39,401 nt of DNA, taken from assembly GCA_046538345.1 (NCBI GenBank), contig JBKHJB010000001.1:1-39401 (forward strand), written 5' to 3'. Below, piece after piece: positions 19,088-27,282 of this stretch; within the stretch, counting starts at the first letter, position 1; each line of letters opens with the position of its first letter. The notes below the pieces were generated by a model. It searched no databases and had not been told where the DNA came from. It saw only the letters and a list, made by a program, of their open reading frames with translations. The position numbers and the translations under genes were made by a program. The DNA comes from Phycisphaerae bacterium (GTDB lineage: Bacteria > Planctomycetota > Phycisphaerae > SM23-33).

Positions 19088-20959
19088 ATGGGCGACTCTT
19101 CAGCAACCCCGGCGGCTTCCACGCAGACACGTCGAACCGCCGACCACCGGGAAACAAAACAGTCGGAGCTTGCGGCGCGGCGAAAGGCCGTGCGGCGTTT
19201 TACGCGGACTTTGCGCGACCTGCCGCACGAGACCCGCGCGACCTGTCCGACCTGTCGTGAAGTCGTACCCGCTGGGTTCGACCGTGCCGGCGACCGGATA
19301 GTACTGCATTACCACTGCCCTCGCTGCGGTGAACGCAGGGAAGCCCACCACGACCATATCTGGACGCCGACTGCCAGTGACGTGCCCGGCAGCGCCACGC
19401 AAACCTGCCTCGGCTCGCGCATTCGTCCTGTCCTGCGTCGCCTGCCGCGGACCGTCGAGTCGCTCTGCCCGCACTGCCACGCCCTTGTCATCGGACGGAT
19501 ATTCGTCGAGGACGGGGCGGTGTTCATGGAAAAGACCTGCCCGGAGCACGGTTATATCCGCGACTGCGTCAACAGCGACGCTCTGCTCTACGCCAAGAGC
19601 CAGTGGTGGAGCTTCGAGGAGCACCCGGGCCACCAGCGCCCTCACGTTACAGGCGGCGGGTGGTGTCCGTCGGATTGCGGGCTGTGCAATCAGCACCTTT
19701 CCAGCCCGTGCCTGGCGCAGATTGACGTGACCAACCGCTGCAACCTTCGCTGCCCTGTATGCTTCGCCAACGCCGCGGTCACCGGCAAGCTCCTGGAGCC
19801 GGACTATGGCGAGGTAGTCCGCCGCTTGCGGGTCTTGCGTGACCTTCGGCCGATACCAGCCACAGCCGTCCAGTTCACCGGCGGCGAGCCGACAATACAC
19901 CCGGATTTTCTCCGCATACTCGCCGCCGCCAGGGACATGGGCTTCAGCCACATACAGGCGGCGACCAACGGTATTCGTCTGGCCGACGCCGACTTCGCCG
20001 AAGCGGCGGCCGATGCCGGACTGCATACGCTGTACCTGCAGTTCGACGGCGTCGGCGCCGAGGCGCACCGCTACACGCGAGCGTGTCCGGGGCTGTGGGA
20101 GAAGAAACTCGCCACCATCGAAAACTGCCGCCGGACCGGCATGAAAGTCTGCCTCGTGCCGACCATCATCCGTGGCGTCAACGAACGGCAGGTGGGCGAG
20201 ATATTCCGCTTCGCCGTCGAAAATATCGATGTTGTCAGCGCCATCAGCTATCAGCCCGTCGCTTTCACCGGCCGTATCGACGATCAGCAGCGCGCCGAGC
20301 AGCGCTACACCCTCGGCGACCTGGCCCACGACATCGCCGACGCATCCGGCGCGGTTCCGTTGCGGGACATGTTCCCGCTGAGCATCGTCGCGCCGCTGGG
20401 GCAGTTCCTCGAGGCGATTACAGGCAACCCCAAGATCCGCCCCAGTTGCCATCCGGACTGCGCCTTCGGGACGTACTTTCTGGTTTCTGCCGAGGGCAGG
20501 GCGTACCCCTTCCCCGAAGTAGTGGACGTGGAGGGAATGTTCACGGACATGAACCGCTTCGCAAGGCGCATAAAAAGTCGAGGCCGCCTGGGCTGGTTTG
20601 ACAAGATCCGCGTACTGCGGATGTTCAAGCGGCACTTCAAGCCCGAGTCCGCACCGCCGGGACTGGACGTGAAGCGTTTTGTCCGAACTCTTCAGGGCCT
20701 GGTGGACAAAAAAGCCGGTCGGGGCGAGGGCGAAAAGCAGACCTACAAGACACTGCTTTGCGCCGGCATGCACTTTCAGGACCGATACAATTTCGACGTC
20801 GAGCGCGTAAAAAGATGCGTCATACTCTACTCCACCGAGGCCGGCGTCCTTCCGTTCTGCACGCATAACTGCGGGCCGGAGTATCGCACGGCCATCGAGT
20901 CGGACTTTGCCGACCCGGTGGGCAGCTACGAAGCCCGGATTACGGAGCCGAACGAATGA
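19088..20959 (+). CDS. Radical SAM enzyme, MJ0619/Tes (GDGT-MAS, class D-like) family candidate, with an extra N-terminal zinc ribbon
   Basis: Radical SAM motif CNLRCPVC (19739-19762), preceded by CPSDCGLCNQH..PC. N-terminal CPHC..(x22)..CPEHG ribbon plus an additional CPTC..CPRC ribbon. C-terminal MHFQDRYNFDVERVKRC..LPFCTHNC. This motif order matches my recollection of the MJ0619 family. Confidence 0.75.
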   Translation: MGDSSATPAASTQTRRTADHRETKQSELAARRKAVRRFTRTLRDLPHETRATCPTCREVVPAGFDRAGDRIVLHYHCPRCGERREAHHDHIWTPTASDVPGSATQTCLGSRIRPVLRRLPRTVESLCPHCHALVIGRIFVEDGAVFMEKTCPEHGYIRDCVNSDALLYAKSQWWSFEEHPGHQRPHVTGGGWCPSDCGLCNQHLSSPCLAQIDVTNRCNLRCPVCFANAAVTGKLLEPDYGEVVRRLRVLRDLRPIPATAVQFTGGEPTIHPDFLRILAAARDMGFSHIQAATNGIRLADADFAEAAADAGLHTLYLQFDGVGAEAHRYTRACPGLWEKKLATIENCRRTGMKVCLVPTIIRGVNERQVGEIFRFAVENIDVVSAISYQPVAFTGRIDDQQRAEQRYTLGDLAHDIADASGAVPLRDMFPLSIVAPLGQFLEAITGNPKIRPSCHPDCAFGTYFLVSAEGRAYPFPEVVDVEGMFTDMNRFARRIKSRGRLGWFDKIRVLRMFKRHFKPESAPPGLDVKRFVRTLQGLVDKKAGRGEGEKQTYKTLLCAGMHFQDRYNFDVERVKRCVILYSTEAGVLPFCTHNCGPEYRTAIESDFADPVGSYEARITEPNE

Positions 20960-21447
20960 GAAAACTTGCGACGTTGCTGATATGCGTTTTGGCGGGAGGC
21001 GCCTTGCTGTTCGGCTGTGCCGGGAATAATGGTGAGCTGGACGATCCCGAGGTGCCTCGCGTGACCGAGTCGGACAACCTGCGGCTGACCCTCGATGTCT
21101 CTGACCGCCAGGTCGCCGTTGGAGAGAAGTTGAAAGTGCGGCTGACCGCGCGGAATACCGGCTCGGAACCCATCAAGATCACCGCCCGCAGCGGAGCATT
21201 GATGCGCGTGCGTATCTGGCAGGAGACACCTATCGGCTGGACGACCGTCAAGCAGTATCCCGAGGCCGCCATCATGGTCATCACCCCTTGGACGCTGGAA
21301 GCAGGCCGGCAGCGGCAGTTTGATATGGGGCTTACGGTCGATAAGGACTGGCCCACGGCCGAGACCATCCGGCTGACGGCGGAGCTGAACGGCCGAAGTG
21401 ACGTAAGGGTCGGCGCCAAGATCGAAGTCGCCCCACGCGGCGGTTAA
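20956..21447 (+). CDS. Small secreted lipoprotein, beta-sandwich-like (possibly BsuPI/inhibitor-like fold)
   Basis: The ATG at 20956 overlaps the upstream TGA (ATGA), with GGAG 8 nt upstream. Signal peptide with lipobox MRKLATLLICVLAGGALLFGC. The alternating beta-strand pattern LKVRLTARNTGSEPIKI is the only basis for the fold guess. Confidence 0.55.
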   Translation: MRKLATLLICVLAGGALLFGCAGNNGELDDPEVPRVTESDNLRLTLDVSDRQVAVGEKLKVRLTARNTGSEPIKITARSGALMRVRIWQETPIGWTTVKQYPEAAIMVITPWTLEAGRQRQFDMGLTVDKDWPTAETIRLTAELNGRSDVRVGAKIEVAPRGG

Positions 21448-21450
21448 GGC

Positions 21451-23148
21451 ATGATAAGTCCATCCAGCGACAAACCAACCGGCGACCAATCGTACACCGC
21501 GGCCGGAAAACACACCACAGCCGCGCAGCTTGGCAAGAGCTACCAGCACGAGTTTCCACCGTCAAGCAACCCCCACAAAAGCCCCGACCGCGCCGAGGAC
21601 GGAGTGCTCAACAGCGGACGGTACGCGCGTGAAAGCTCCACTCTCGCCGACCGCATAACACCCTCGGCCGTGCGGATAGACTATCACCATCCGCTGGAAA
21701 ACTGGCTGGGGCACCCGGCGTTCCGTCGGCTGTTGCGAATGCTTTCTCGGGACGACGCCCGCGGGCTAACCGCTCTGGAGCGCATCATAACCAGCTACCG
21801 CAACGGCGATGCTCCGCTCGGCGAACGGCTGAAGTACTGGGCGTTCCACAAGCTCATCGACCGCTTGCGCGGCGATACCGACGTGGCGACTTTCCGTCGT
21901 CGTCTCGCCGAGCACGGGCCCACGGTTCGCGGGCTGGTCATCGTCGCCCGCAGCGTGGGCGAATTCGGCCTGACGGTCCCGCAGCGGTTCACTGCGCCGT
22001 TGTTTGCGGTGTGGAACTTCACCAACCGCTGCAACCTGTCGTGTCCCCACTGCTACCAGGACAGCGAACACACGGCGCTGGCCGGCGAGCTGTCGCTTTC
22101 CGAGAAGCTCGACGTGATCGACCAGATGGGCCGGGCACACATGCCGATGGTCGCTTTCAGCGGCGGCGAGCCGACGCTCAGCGAGGACCTTGTCCCCGCT
22201 ATCGAGCGTGCCCGGCGGTACGACATGCACGTCACCATCGCCACCAACGGCACGACGATGACCCGCGAGCGGGCACGGCGGCTCGCCGAGGCGGGGTTGA
22301 GATACGTCGAGATATCGCTGGATTCGGTCGATCCCGAAAGGCACGACCACTTCCGCGGCGTACCGGGCATGTGGCAGCGGGCGGTGCAGGGCGCGAAAAA
22401 CGTCGTCGCGACCGAAGGCCTGCGGCTGGGCATCGCGATGTGCGTCCACCGCGGCAACGTCGATGAGGTCGAGGAGATGATCGACTTCGCCGAGCGGCTC
22501 GGCGCCGGGTGCTTCGCGCACTTCAACTTCATACCGGTCGGCCGGGGGTTGAAAATGGTCTCCGGCGATATCACACCGCGGCAGCGCGAGCAACTGCTGG
22601 CGCTGCTTAACGAGAAGATGCAGCAAGGTGGCATTGGCATACTGTCCACCGCGCCGCAGCTCGGACGGGTCTGCCTCGCCGGCGCGGCTCTGGACACCGG
22701 GCTTACCACCTGCTCGCACGCCGGCAGCGGAAGCGGGGTAAAGGCGCGCGTGGTCGCCAAGTATCTCGGCGGATGCGGGGCCGGTCGAACCTATATCTGC
22801 ATCGAGCCGCATGGCGATGTCACTCCCTGCGTGTACCTGCCCCATCGAGTCATGGGCAACCTGCGCGACAGGCCGCTGATGGATATCTTCCGTCGCAGCG
22901 TGTTCTGGGACATCCTCAACGACCGCAACCGGCGACTGCATCATTGCGAGGTATGCGCGTTCAAGAACTACTGCGGCGGCTGTCGGGCGCGGGCGGATGC
23001 CTATTTCGGACAACTCCACGCCGGCGACCCCGGTTGCGTGTTCAACAGTAAACACTGGGACCGCCTGGTCGCCGACGGCGTGGCGGTACTCGGCGAGGCC
23101 GGCGAAGTCCCGGCCGAGTCCACAGTGTTGCGCCACGGTCCAGCGTAA
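21451..23148 (+). CDS. Radical SAM/SPASM-domain enzyme, NirJ/AhbC/AhbD-like, with a ~190-aa N-terminal extension
   Basis: CNLSCPHC (22030-22053), GGEPTL, and a C-terminal Cys-rich SPASM-like region (CGAGRTYICIEPHGDVTPC...CEVCAFKNYCGGCRARA). It starts 3 nt after the preceding stop. The true start inside the low-complexity N-terminus is uncertain. Confidence 0.8.
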   Translation: MISPSSDKPTGDQSYTAAGKHTTAAQLGKSYQHEFPPSSNPHKSPDRAEDGVLNSGRYARESSTLADRITPSAVRIDYHHPLENWLGHPAFRRLLRMLSRDDARGLTALERIITSYRNGDAPLGERLKYWAFHKLIDRLRGDTDVATFRRRLAEHGPTVRGLVIVARSVGEFGLTVPQRFTAPLFAVWNFTNRCNLSCPHCYQDSEHTALAGELSLSEKLDVIDQMGRAHMPMVAFSGGEPTLSEDLVPAIERARRYDMHVTIATNGTTMTRERARRLAEAGLRYVEISLDSVDPERHDHFRGVPGMWQRAVQGAKNVVATEGLRLGIAMCVHRGNVDEVEEMIDFAERLGAGCFAHFNFIPVGRGLKMVSGDITPRQREQLLALLNEKMQQGGIGILSTAPQLGRVCLAGAALDTGLTTCSHAGSGSGVKARVVAKYLGGCGAGRTYICIEPHGDVTPCVYLPHRVMGNLRDRPLMDIFRRSVFWDILNDRNRRLHHCEVCAFKNYCGGCRARADAYFGQLHAGDPGCVFNSKHWDRLVADGVAVLGEAGEVPAESTVLRHGPA

Positions 23149-23195
23149 GCGAAGCGGTGGTTCCCAGACAACAGCGCCGAACGGACAAGCCGCTC

Positions 23196-23801
23196 TCAGA
23201 CGTTGTGCCTTGTAGTGCGACTACCGCCGGCAAACGGCCAACCGTCGTAGGGAACCACGAACGGGTACCGGACGAACGGGATCCGGTGTTTGCGGAAATT
23301 GTCCTCGATGTAGCTGATACACGAGCGAATCTCTCCGGGCGTGGACTTGTACCAGTCGCAGACATCCGCGCTGAAAACCGGATGATTCGGCGGCACGAGG
23401 CGCTTCGTTTGCAGCGTGCGTCTTGTCTGTTGCTTGATTTCCTCCCGCATCTGCTCGCCTTTGAGACGATGCTTGCGGATAAGCAGGTGAACGTGATCGG
23501 ACAGGATCGCGCACGCATAGCATGTCAGCCGCCGTTCTTTCATGACCTCGTCGATAGCTTCGGCTGTGGCTTGCCGTTCGGCGCTGTTAAACCATAGCGT
23601 CGGATACGCCAGGCGTTGCTCGGCATGTTTGTAAAAGCTGCGCAGCTTGGAGCGTGTGGGCTGGACGGTTTTGCGCCCGTAGTGTGATTCGCCCATCTCG
23701 CGCAAAAGCGGCGTGTGAGTTTGTCCGGACATGCTGCCGCGTGGGTCATTCGGTAACCAGTGACCGTATGCGGTCAGGATGAGATGGTGTGCGAGTATCA
23801 A
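23196..23801 (-). CDS. IS200-like Y1 (HUH) transposase homologue, RAYT-like, solitary
   Basis: HUH motif SDHVHLLI (codons at ~23487-23495) and the C-terminal Tyr motif ISYIEDNFRKH. The N-terminus is HHLILTAYGHWLPNDPRGS. TTG start at 23801, 9 nt downstream of the preceding stop. There is no TnpB and no obvious flanking hairpin ends. Confidence 0.7.
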   Translation of the reverse strand: MILAHHLILTAYGHWLPNDPRGSMSGQTHTPLLREMGESHYGRKTVQPTRSKLRSFYKHAEQRLAYPTLWFNSAERQATAEAIDEVMKERRLTCYACAILSDHVHLLIRKHRLKGEQMREEIKQQTRRTLQTKRLVPPNHPVFSADVCDWYKSTPGEIRSCISYIEDNFRKHRIPFVRYPFVVPYDGWPFAGGSRTTRHNV

Positions 23802-23810
23802 GGTTTCCCC

Positions 23811-24965
23811 CTATGCATGCTCCCGCTCCCACTCTTTCTCGTCCCCGGTGAAAAGCCGCACCCTGCGCTTGGCGTATTCGTCGCGTGTCCACAGTTCAAC
23901 GCGGTTGGTGAGTCCGGTGGTCGCGACAAGCTCGTCTATCGTCATTCGGCAGTCCTGTTCGTCGCGGCCGTGAATCATGGTATAGAGATTATAGGGCCAA
24001 TCGGGTGCGGTTTCCCGCAGCATGCAGTGGCTCACGCGGTCGCAGTCTGCCAGGCGGGCGCCGGCCGTGTCCGCGTCGCCGGCGCGCCAGGCGACCATGA
24101 CGTTGGTCCGCGCGCCGGCGGAGCGATGCCGCAGGACCGCGGCGTAACGGCGCATCCGGCGTCCTTCCAGCAGCTCGCGGGCAATTGTGAGCAGTTCGTC
24201 CACACTCAGCCCTTCATCGGCGGCCAGTGCGTCGAAGGGCTTTGCCTCGGCGGGCAGGTCGCGCTGCAGGGCGCGGATCGCCAGTCGCTGTCTTTCGGTC
24301 GGTTCAATGGGTGTTGCGGGCGGATCGGTCGATGCGGGCTTGGATATCCGTCCCGGCCGGTGGGGATCGAAACGCACGGCCAGCTTGTACCTGTCAAGAG
24401 CGGGCAGCACCATGTGCCGCTCGGCCGATGTAAGCTCGGCCAGGCGTTTCGCTGTTGCCTCCAGGCCAAGTCGGCTGTGCGGGCTTACCGCCAATGTCAG
24501 CCAGAGGTTATATTCCGCAACGCCCGCGGGCTTTCTGAGATGCCGGGAATAGCAGTGCGAGACGCCGGGGTGTGTCGCCACGAGCCGCCCGGCCGAGTCG
24601 AGCGCGTCTTGCTCAACGCTCAGCGCCACCAACGCCTGACGGTAACCCAGTGCGGCGGCGTCGAAGATGCCCGATATCTCGCGGATAACCCCTCGCCCGT
24701 CTCGCAGGTCAGCAGTTTGCCGGAGCACTTCGTTTTCATTGCGCCCGAGTTGTTCGGCGATCGCCCGAAACGGATGAGCGACAAGGGGAACTGCGCTTTG
24801 GAGTTGCTCCAGCAGGCGGGTGTCGAGGTCGCTGTCGGTCACTTCACTGGTCTGGGCCTGGGCGCCGGCGTCGCGAACCGCAGCACGTCGTCGGCGCCCC
24901 GGGCCTTTATATGTCCCACAGCTCAGGCCCGCGCCGCAACGCCTTGGGCCTGGAGAAAATCTCAT
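23811..24965 (-). CDS. Fused NirD/NirL (AhbA/AhbB)-type siroheme decarboxylase-like protein (two Lrp/AsnC-like modules)
   Basis: Two tandem modules. Module 1: LDTRLLEQLQSAVPLVAHPFRAIAEQLG..EVL....GVIREISGIFD..ALGY...LVA..V....HPGVSHCYSR...YNLWLTL. Module 2: the same pattern, with RVSHCMLRE and YNLYTMIH. The ATG at 24965 overlaps the upstream gene by 59 nt. An alternative GTG at 24842 would remove the overlap. Confidence 0.7.
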   Translation of the reverse strand: MRFSPGPRRCGAGLSCGTYKGPGRRRRAAVRDAGAQAQTSEVTDSDLDTRLLEQLQSAVPLVAHPFRAIAEQLGRNENEVLRQTADLRDGRGVIREISGIFDAAALGYRQALVALSVEQDALDSAGRLVATHPGVSHCYSRHLRKPAGVAEYNLWLTLAVSPHSRLGLEATAKRLAELTSAERHMVLPALDRYKLAVRFDPHRPGRISKPASTDPPATPIEPTERQRLAIRALQRDLPAEAKPFDALAADEGLSVDELLTIARELLEGRRMRRYAAVLRHRSAGARTNVMVAWRAGDADTAGARLADCDRVSHCMLRETAPDWPYNLYTMIHGRDEQDCRMTIDELVATTGLTNRVELWTRDEYAKRRVRLFTGDEKEWEREHA

Positions 24966-25641
24966 GATATACCATCGCCCGCCGGGCGTCGGCTGTGCTG
25001 CCGAGGGAGACGCCGAAGCTTCGCGGTCCTTCCTGGCCGGCGGGTCTGGTGCTGCTCCGGCCGCCCATGCCGGTAAGCCCGCGGAGCTTGGCCAGGCCGG
25101 CGGAGGACTTCGAGGCGGTCTTGCGCCGCCTGGTGGCCGTCCGCTGCTGGACGGCGTGGCGCCGCCGCTTCAGCTCCAATTGCTTCTGCTGCTGTTGGCG
25201 GATGGCCTCGCGTTGGCGTCGTCGGCGTTCGGCCTCCTGTTGACGCATATTCGCGAGTTGCTGCTGTCGAACGGTTTGTGCGGCCCGCAGCGCCTCCGGC
25301 GTCTGCGACTGCGCCTGCGGCGCCGGGCGGGGAGGCGGCTGCAGAGGTCGTTGCTGCTGTTGAGCCGTCGGTGCCGGTCGTCTCTGCTCGCGGTGCGCGG
25401 GCGACTGCTGTTGCCGAGGCGGTATGGGCTTGTACCGCTTTTGATCGGCTTGCTCGCCGGAAGCGCCTTGTTGACCCTGTTGCTGCCGGCGCCGCTGGAG
25501 GTCTTCCTCGTCGGCGCGGCGTTCGGCGGTCTTGCGGAGCCAGCTCCAGATTGCACTGGCGGCGACCACCAGCAGGACGAAGACCACCTGTACCCACTCA
25601 GCGCCTTCGCCCTGCGCCAGGATGTCGGGCGTTATGTTCAC
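24907..25641 (-). CDS. Hypothetical membrane-anchored Arg/Gln-rich low-complexity protein
   Basis: GTG start at 25641, 6 nt after the floA TAA, with GGAGGA upstream. N-terminal TM helix WVQVVFVLLVVAASAIWSW, then RRRQQQGQQ...QQQQKQLELKRRR low complexity. Conserved-looking tail ARRAMVYHEIFSRPKALR. Confidence 0.5.
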   Translation of the reverse strand: MNITPDILAQGEGAEWVQVVFVLLVVAASAIWSWLRKTAERRADEEDLQRRRQQQGQQGASGEQADQKRYKPIPPRQQQSPAHREQRRPAPTAQQQQRPLQPPPRPAPQAQSQTPEALRAAQTVRQQQLANMRQQEAERRRRQREAIRQQQQKQLELKRRRHAVQQRTATRRRKTASKSSAGLAKLRGLTGMGGRSSTRPAGQEGPRSFGVSLGSTADARRAMVYHEIFSRPKALRRGPELWDI

Positions 25642-25647
25642 CCGGAC

Positions 25648-26685
25648 TTATTCCTCCGGATTCTCGGGCGGGGCTTCCTCACCGCCGATGTTCTCTCTCA
25701 TGGACGTATCGGCCTGGATGTTCTGCAGCCGGTAGTAGTCCATCACGCCCAGGTTGCCCTTTCGGAACGCCTCGGCGATGGCCTTGGGTATCTCCGCCTC
25801 GGCTTCGACCACCTTTGCGCGGTTCTCCTGGGTAAGCGCCTTCATCTCCTGCTCGCGGGCGCTTGCCATGGCACGGCGCTTCTCGGCCTCGGCCTGGAAG
25901 CGTCGTTTGTCGGCTTCGGCCTGGTCGGCCTGAAGCTTCGCGCCGACGTTCTCGCCAACGTCCACGTCGGCGATATCGATGGAGAGAATCTCGAACGCAG
26001 TCCCGGCGTCGAGACCCTTTTCCAGCACTCGACGACTGATGCCGTCGGGATTCTCCAGCACGTCCTTGTATGTCTCGGCTGAGCCAATGGTTGTGACGAT
26101 GCCCTCGCCTACGCGGGCGACGATGGTCTCCTCGGTGGCACCACCGACGAGGCGGTCGATATTGGCGCGGACGGTTACGCGTGCCTTGGCCTTGACTTGG
26201 ATGCCGTCCTTGGCGACGGCATCGACGGTGTTTTTGCCCCCCGCGGGATTAGGGCAATCAATGACCTTCGGATTAACCGAGGTCTGGACGGCGTCGAGGA
26301 TATCTCTACCGGCGAGGTCGATGGCGGTCGCCACCTTCCAATCCAACTGGATGTTCGCGCGGTTTGCGGCGATCAGTGCCCGCACGACGTTTATGGGTCT
26401 TCCGCCGGCGAGATAGTGGTTCTCAAGCTCGGCCGTGGTCACCTGTATGCCCGCTCGCACCGCCTGGATTCGGCTCAGGACGATCGCGTTGGGGTTAACG
26501 CGCCGCAGGCGCATTCCGATCATCTCGAAGATGCCTACACCCGCTCGCGCCGACAGCGCCTGGATCCACAGCCCGAACAGCGGTCCGAACAGCAGCAGAA
26601 ATACGAGCGCTACTATGATTGCGATAACCAGAAGCGCCCATTTCAGCACTGTTCCGGCAGTGGCGGCCAATATGAAAGTCGTCAT
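25648..26685 (-). CDS. floA: Flotillin-like protein FloA (YqfA/UPF0365 family)
   Basis: The ATG at 26685 gives MTTFILAAT... Near full-length similarity in style to FloA: [60 protein letters not shown], and the C-terminus [21 protein letters not shown]. Confidence 0.85.
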   Translation of the reverse strand: MTTFILAATAGTVLKWALLVIAIIVALVFLLLFGPLFGLWIQALSARAGVGIFEMIGMRLRRVNPNAIVLSRIQAVRAGIQVTTAELENHYLAGGRPINVVRALIAANRANIQLDWKVATAIDLAGRDILDAVQTSVNPKVIDCPNPAGGKNTVDAVAKDGIQVKAKARVTVRANIDRLVGGATEETIVARVGEGIVTTIGSAETYKDVLENPDGISRRVLEKGLDAGTAFEILSIDIADVDVGENVGAKLQADQAEADKRRFQAEAEKRRAMASAREQEMKALTQENRAKVVEAEAEIPKAIAEAFRKGNLGVMDYYRLQNIQADTSMRENIGGEEAPPENPEE

Positions 26686-26772
26686 GAAAGTGCCCTTTCC
26701 ATTTGTTGAGTTGTCTCCCTCACCCATACTACCACCGACCGCACGCGTTGCAAGCTTATGCCGGTCGAGGAT

Positions 26773-27282
26773 TCAGGATTCGTCATCTTCCGGGATTTCC
26801 CGCACCACCAGGTTAAGCCCGCTGTAGCGTATTACCTTCACGCGGGCACCTTTTGCTATCATATTACTCTCGGCGGTCGCCGTGAGACGTTTGCCGTCTA
26901 TGCGTACCGCTCCGACCGGTCGCAGATACGTCTCCGCGACGCCCTCTTTGCCGACTAGCGTGCTTTCCTCAGCGGCCGCGGGCGTGCCCTCGCCGGGGGT
27001 ATCTTTCCATTCGGCGGCCTTGAGGAACAGCTTCTTGCCCAGCGGCGAGTCCGGCAGCAGACGCACCACCATCACCAGATATGTCGGTATCAGAACTATT
27101 GTTACCACCAGCATTACCAGGCCGAACGCCTCGTGGATGGTGAAGGCCACGTAAATAGCCCCGCCCAGTGCCGCCAGCCCGATGGCAATGAGCACGCCGA
27201 ATGTCGGCGTGACGATCTCCAGGATGAACATCACCAGCGCCGCTATCAGCAGCACCAGTATGATAGCCAGTTCAGTACCCAT
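26773..27282 (-). CDS. Short NfeD-family membrane protein (C-terminal OB-fold)
   Basis: Two or three TM helices, then GKEGVAETYLRPVGAVRIDGKRLTATAESNMIAKGARVKVI (NfeD OB domain pattern). The start overlaps the upstream stop by 1 nt (TAATG), with an AGGAGG SD. Confidence 0.7.
   Translation of the reverse strand: MGTELAIILVLLIAALVMFILEIVTPTFGVLIAIGLAALGGAIYVAFTIHEAFGLVMLVVTIVLIPTYLVMVVRLLPDSPLGKKLFLKAAEWKDTPGEGTPAAAEESTLVGKEGVAETYLRPVGAVRIDGKRLTATAESNMIAKGARVKVIRYSGLNLVVREIPEDDES

Noticed and set aside
23149-23830. Possibility that the Y1 transposase homologue marks a complete IS200/IS605 element.
   Set aside because: There is no tnpB-like ORF. I found no convincing subterminal hairpins or inverted repeats in the 47-nt and 9-nt flanks. 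It was reported as a solitary gene instead.
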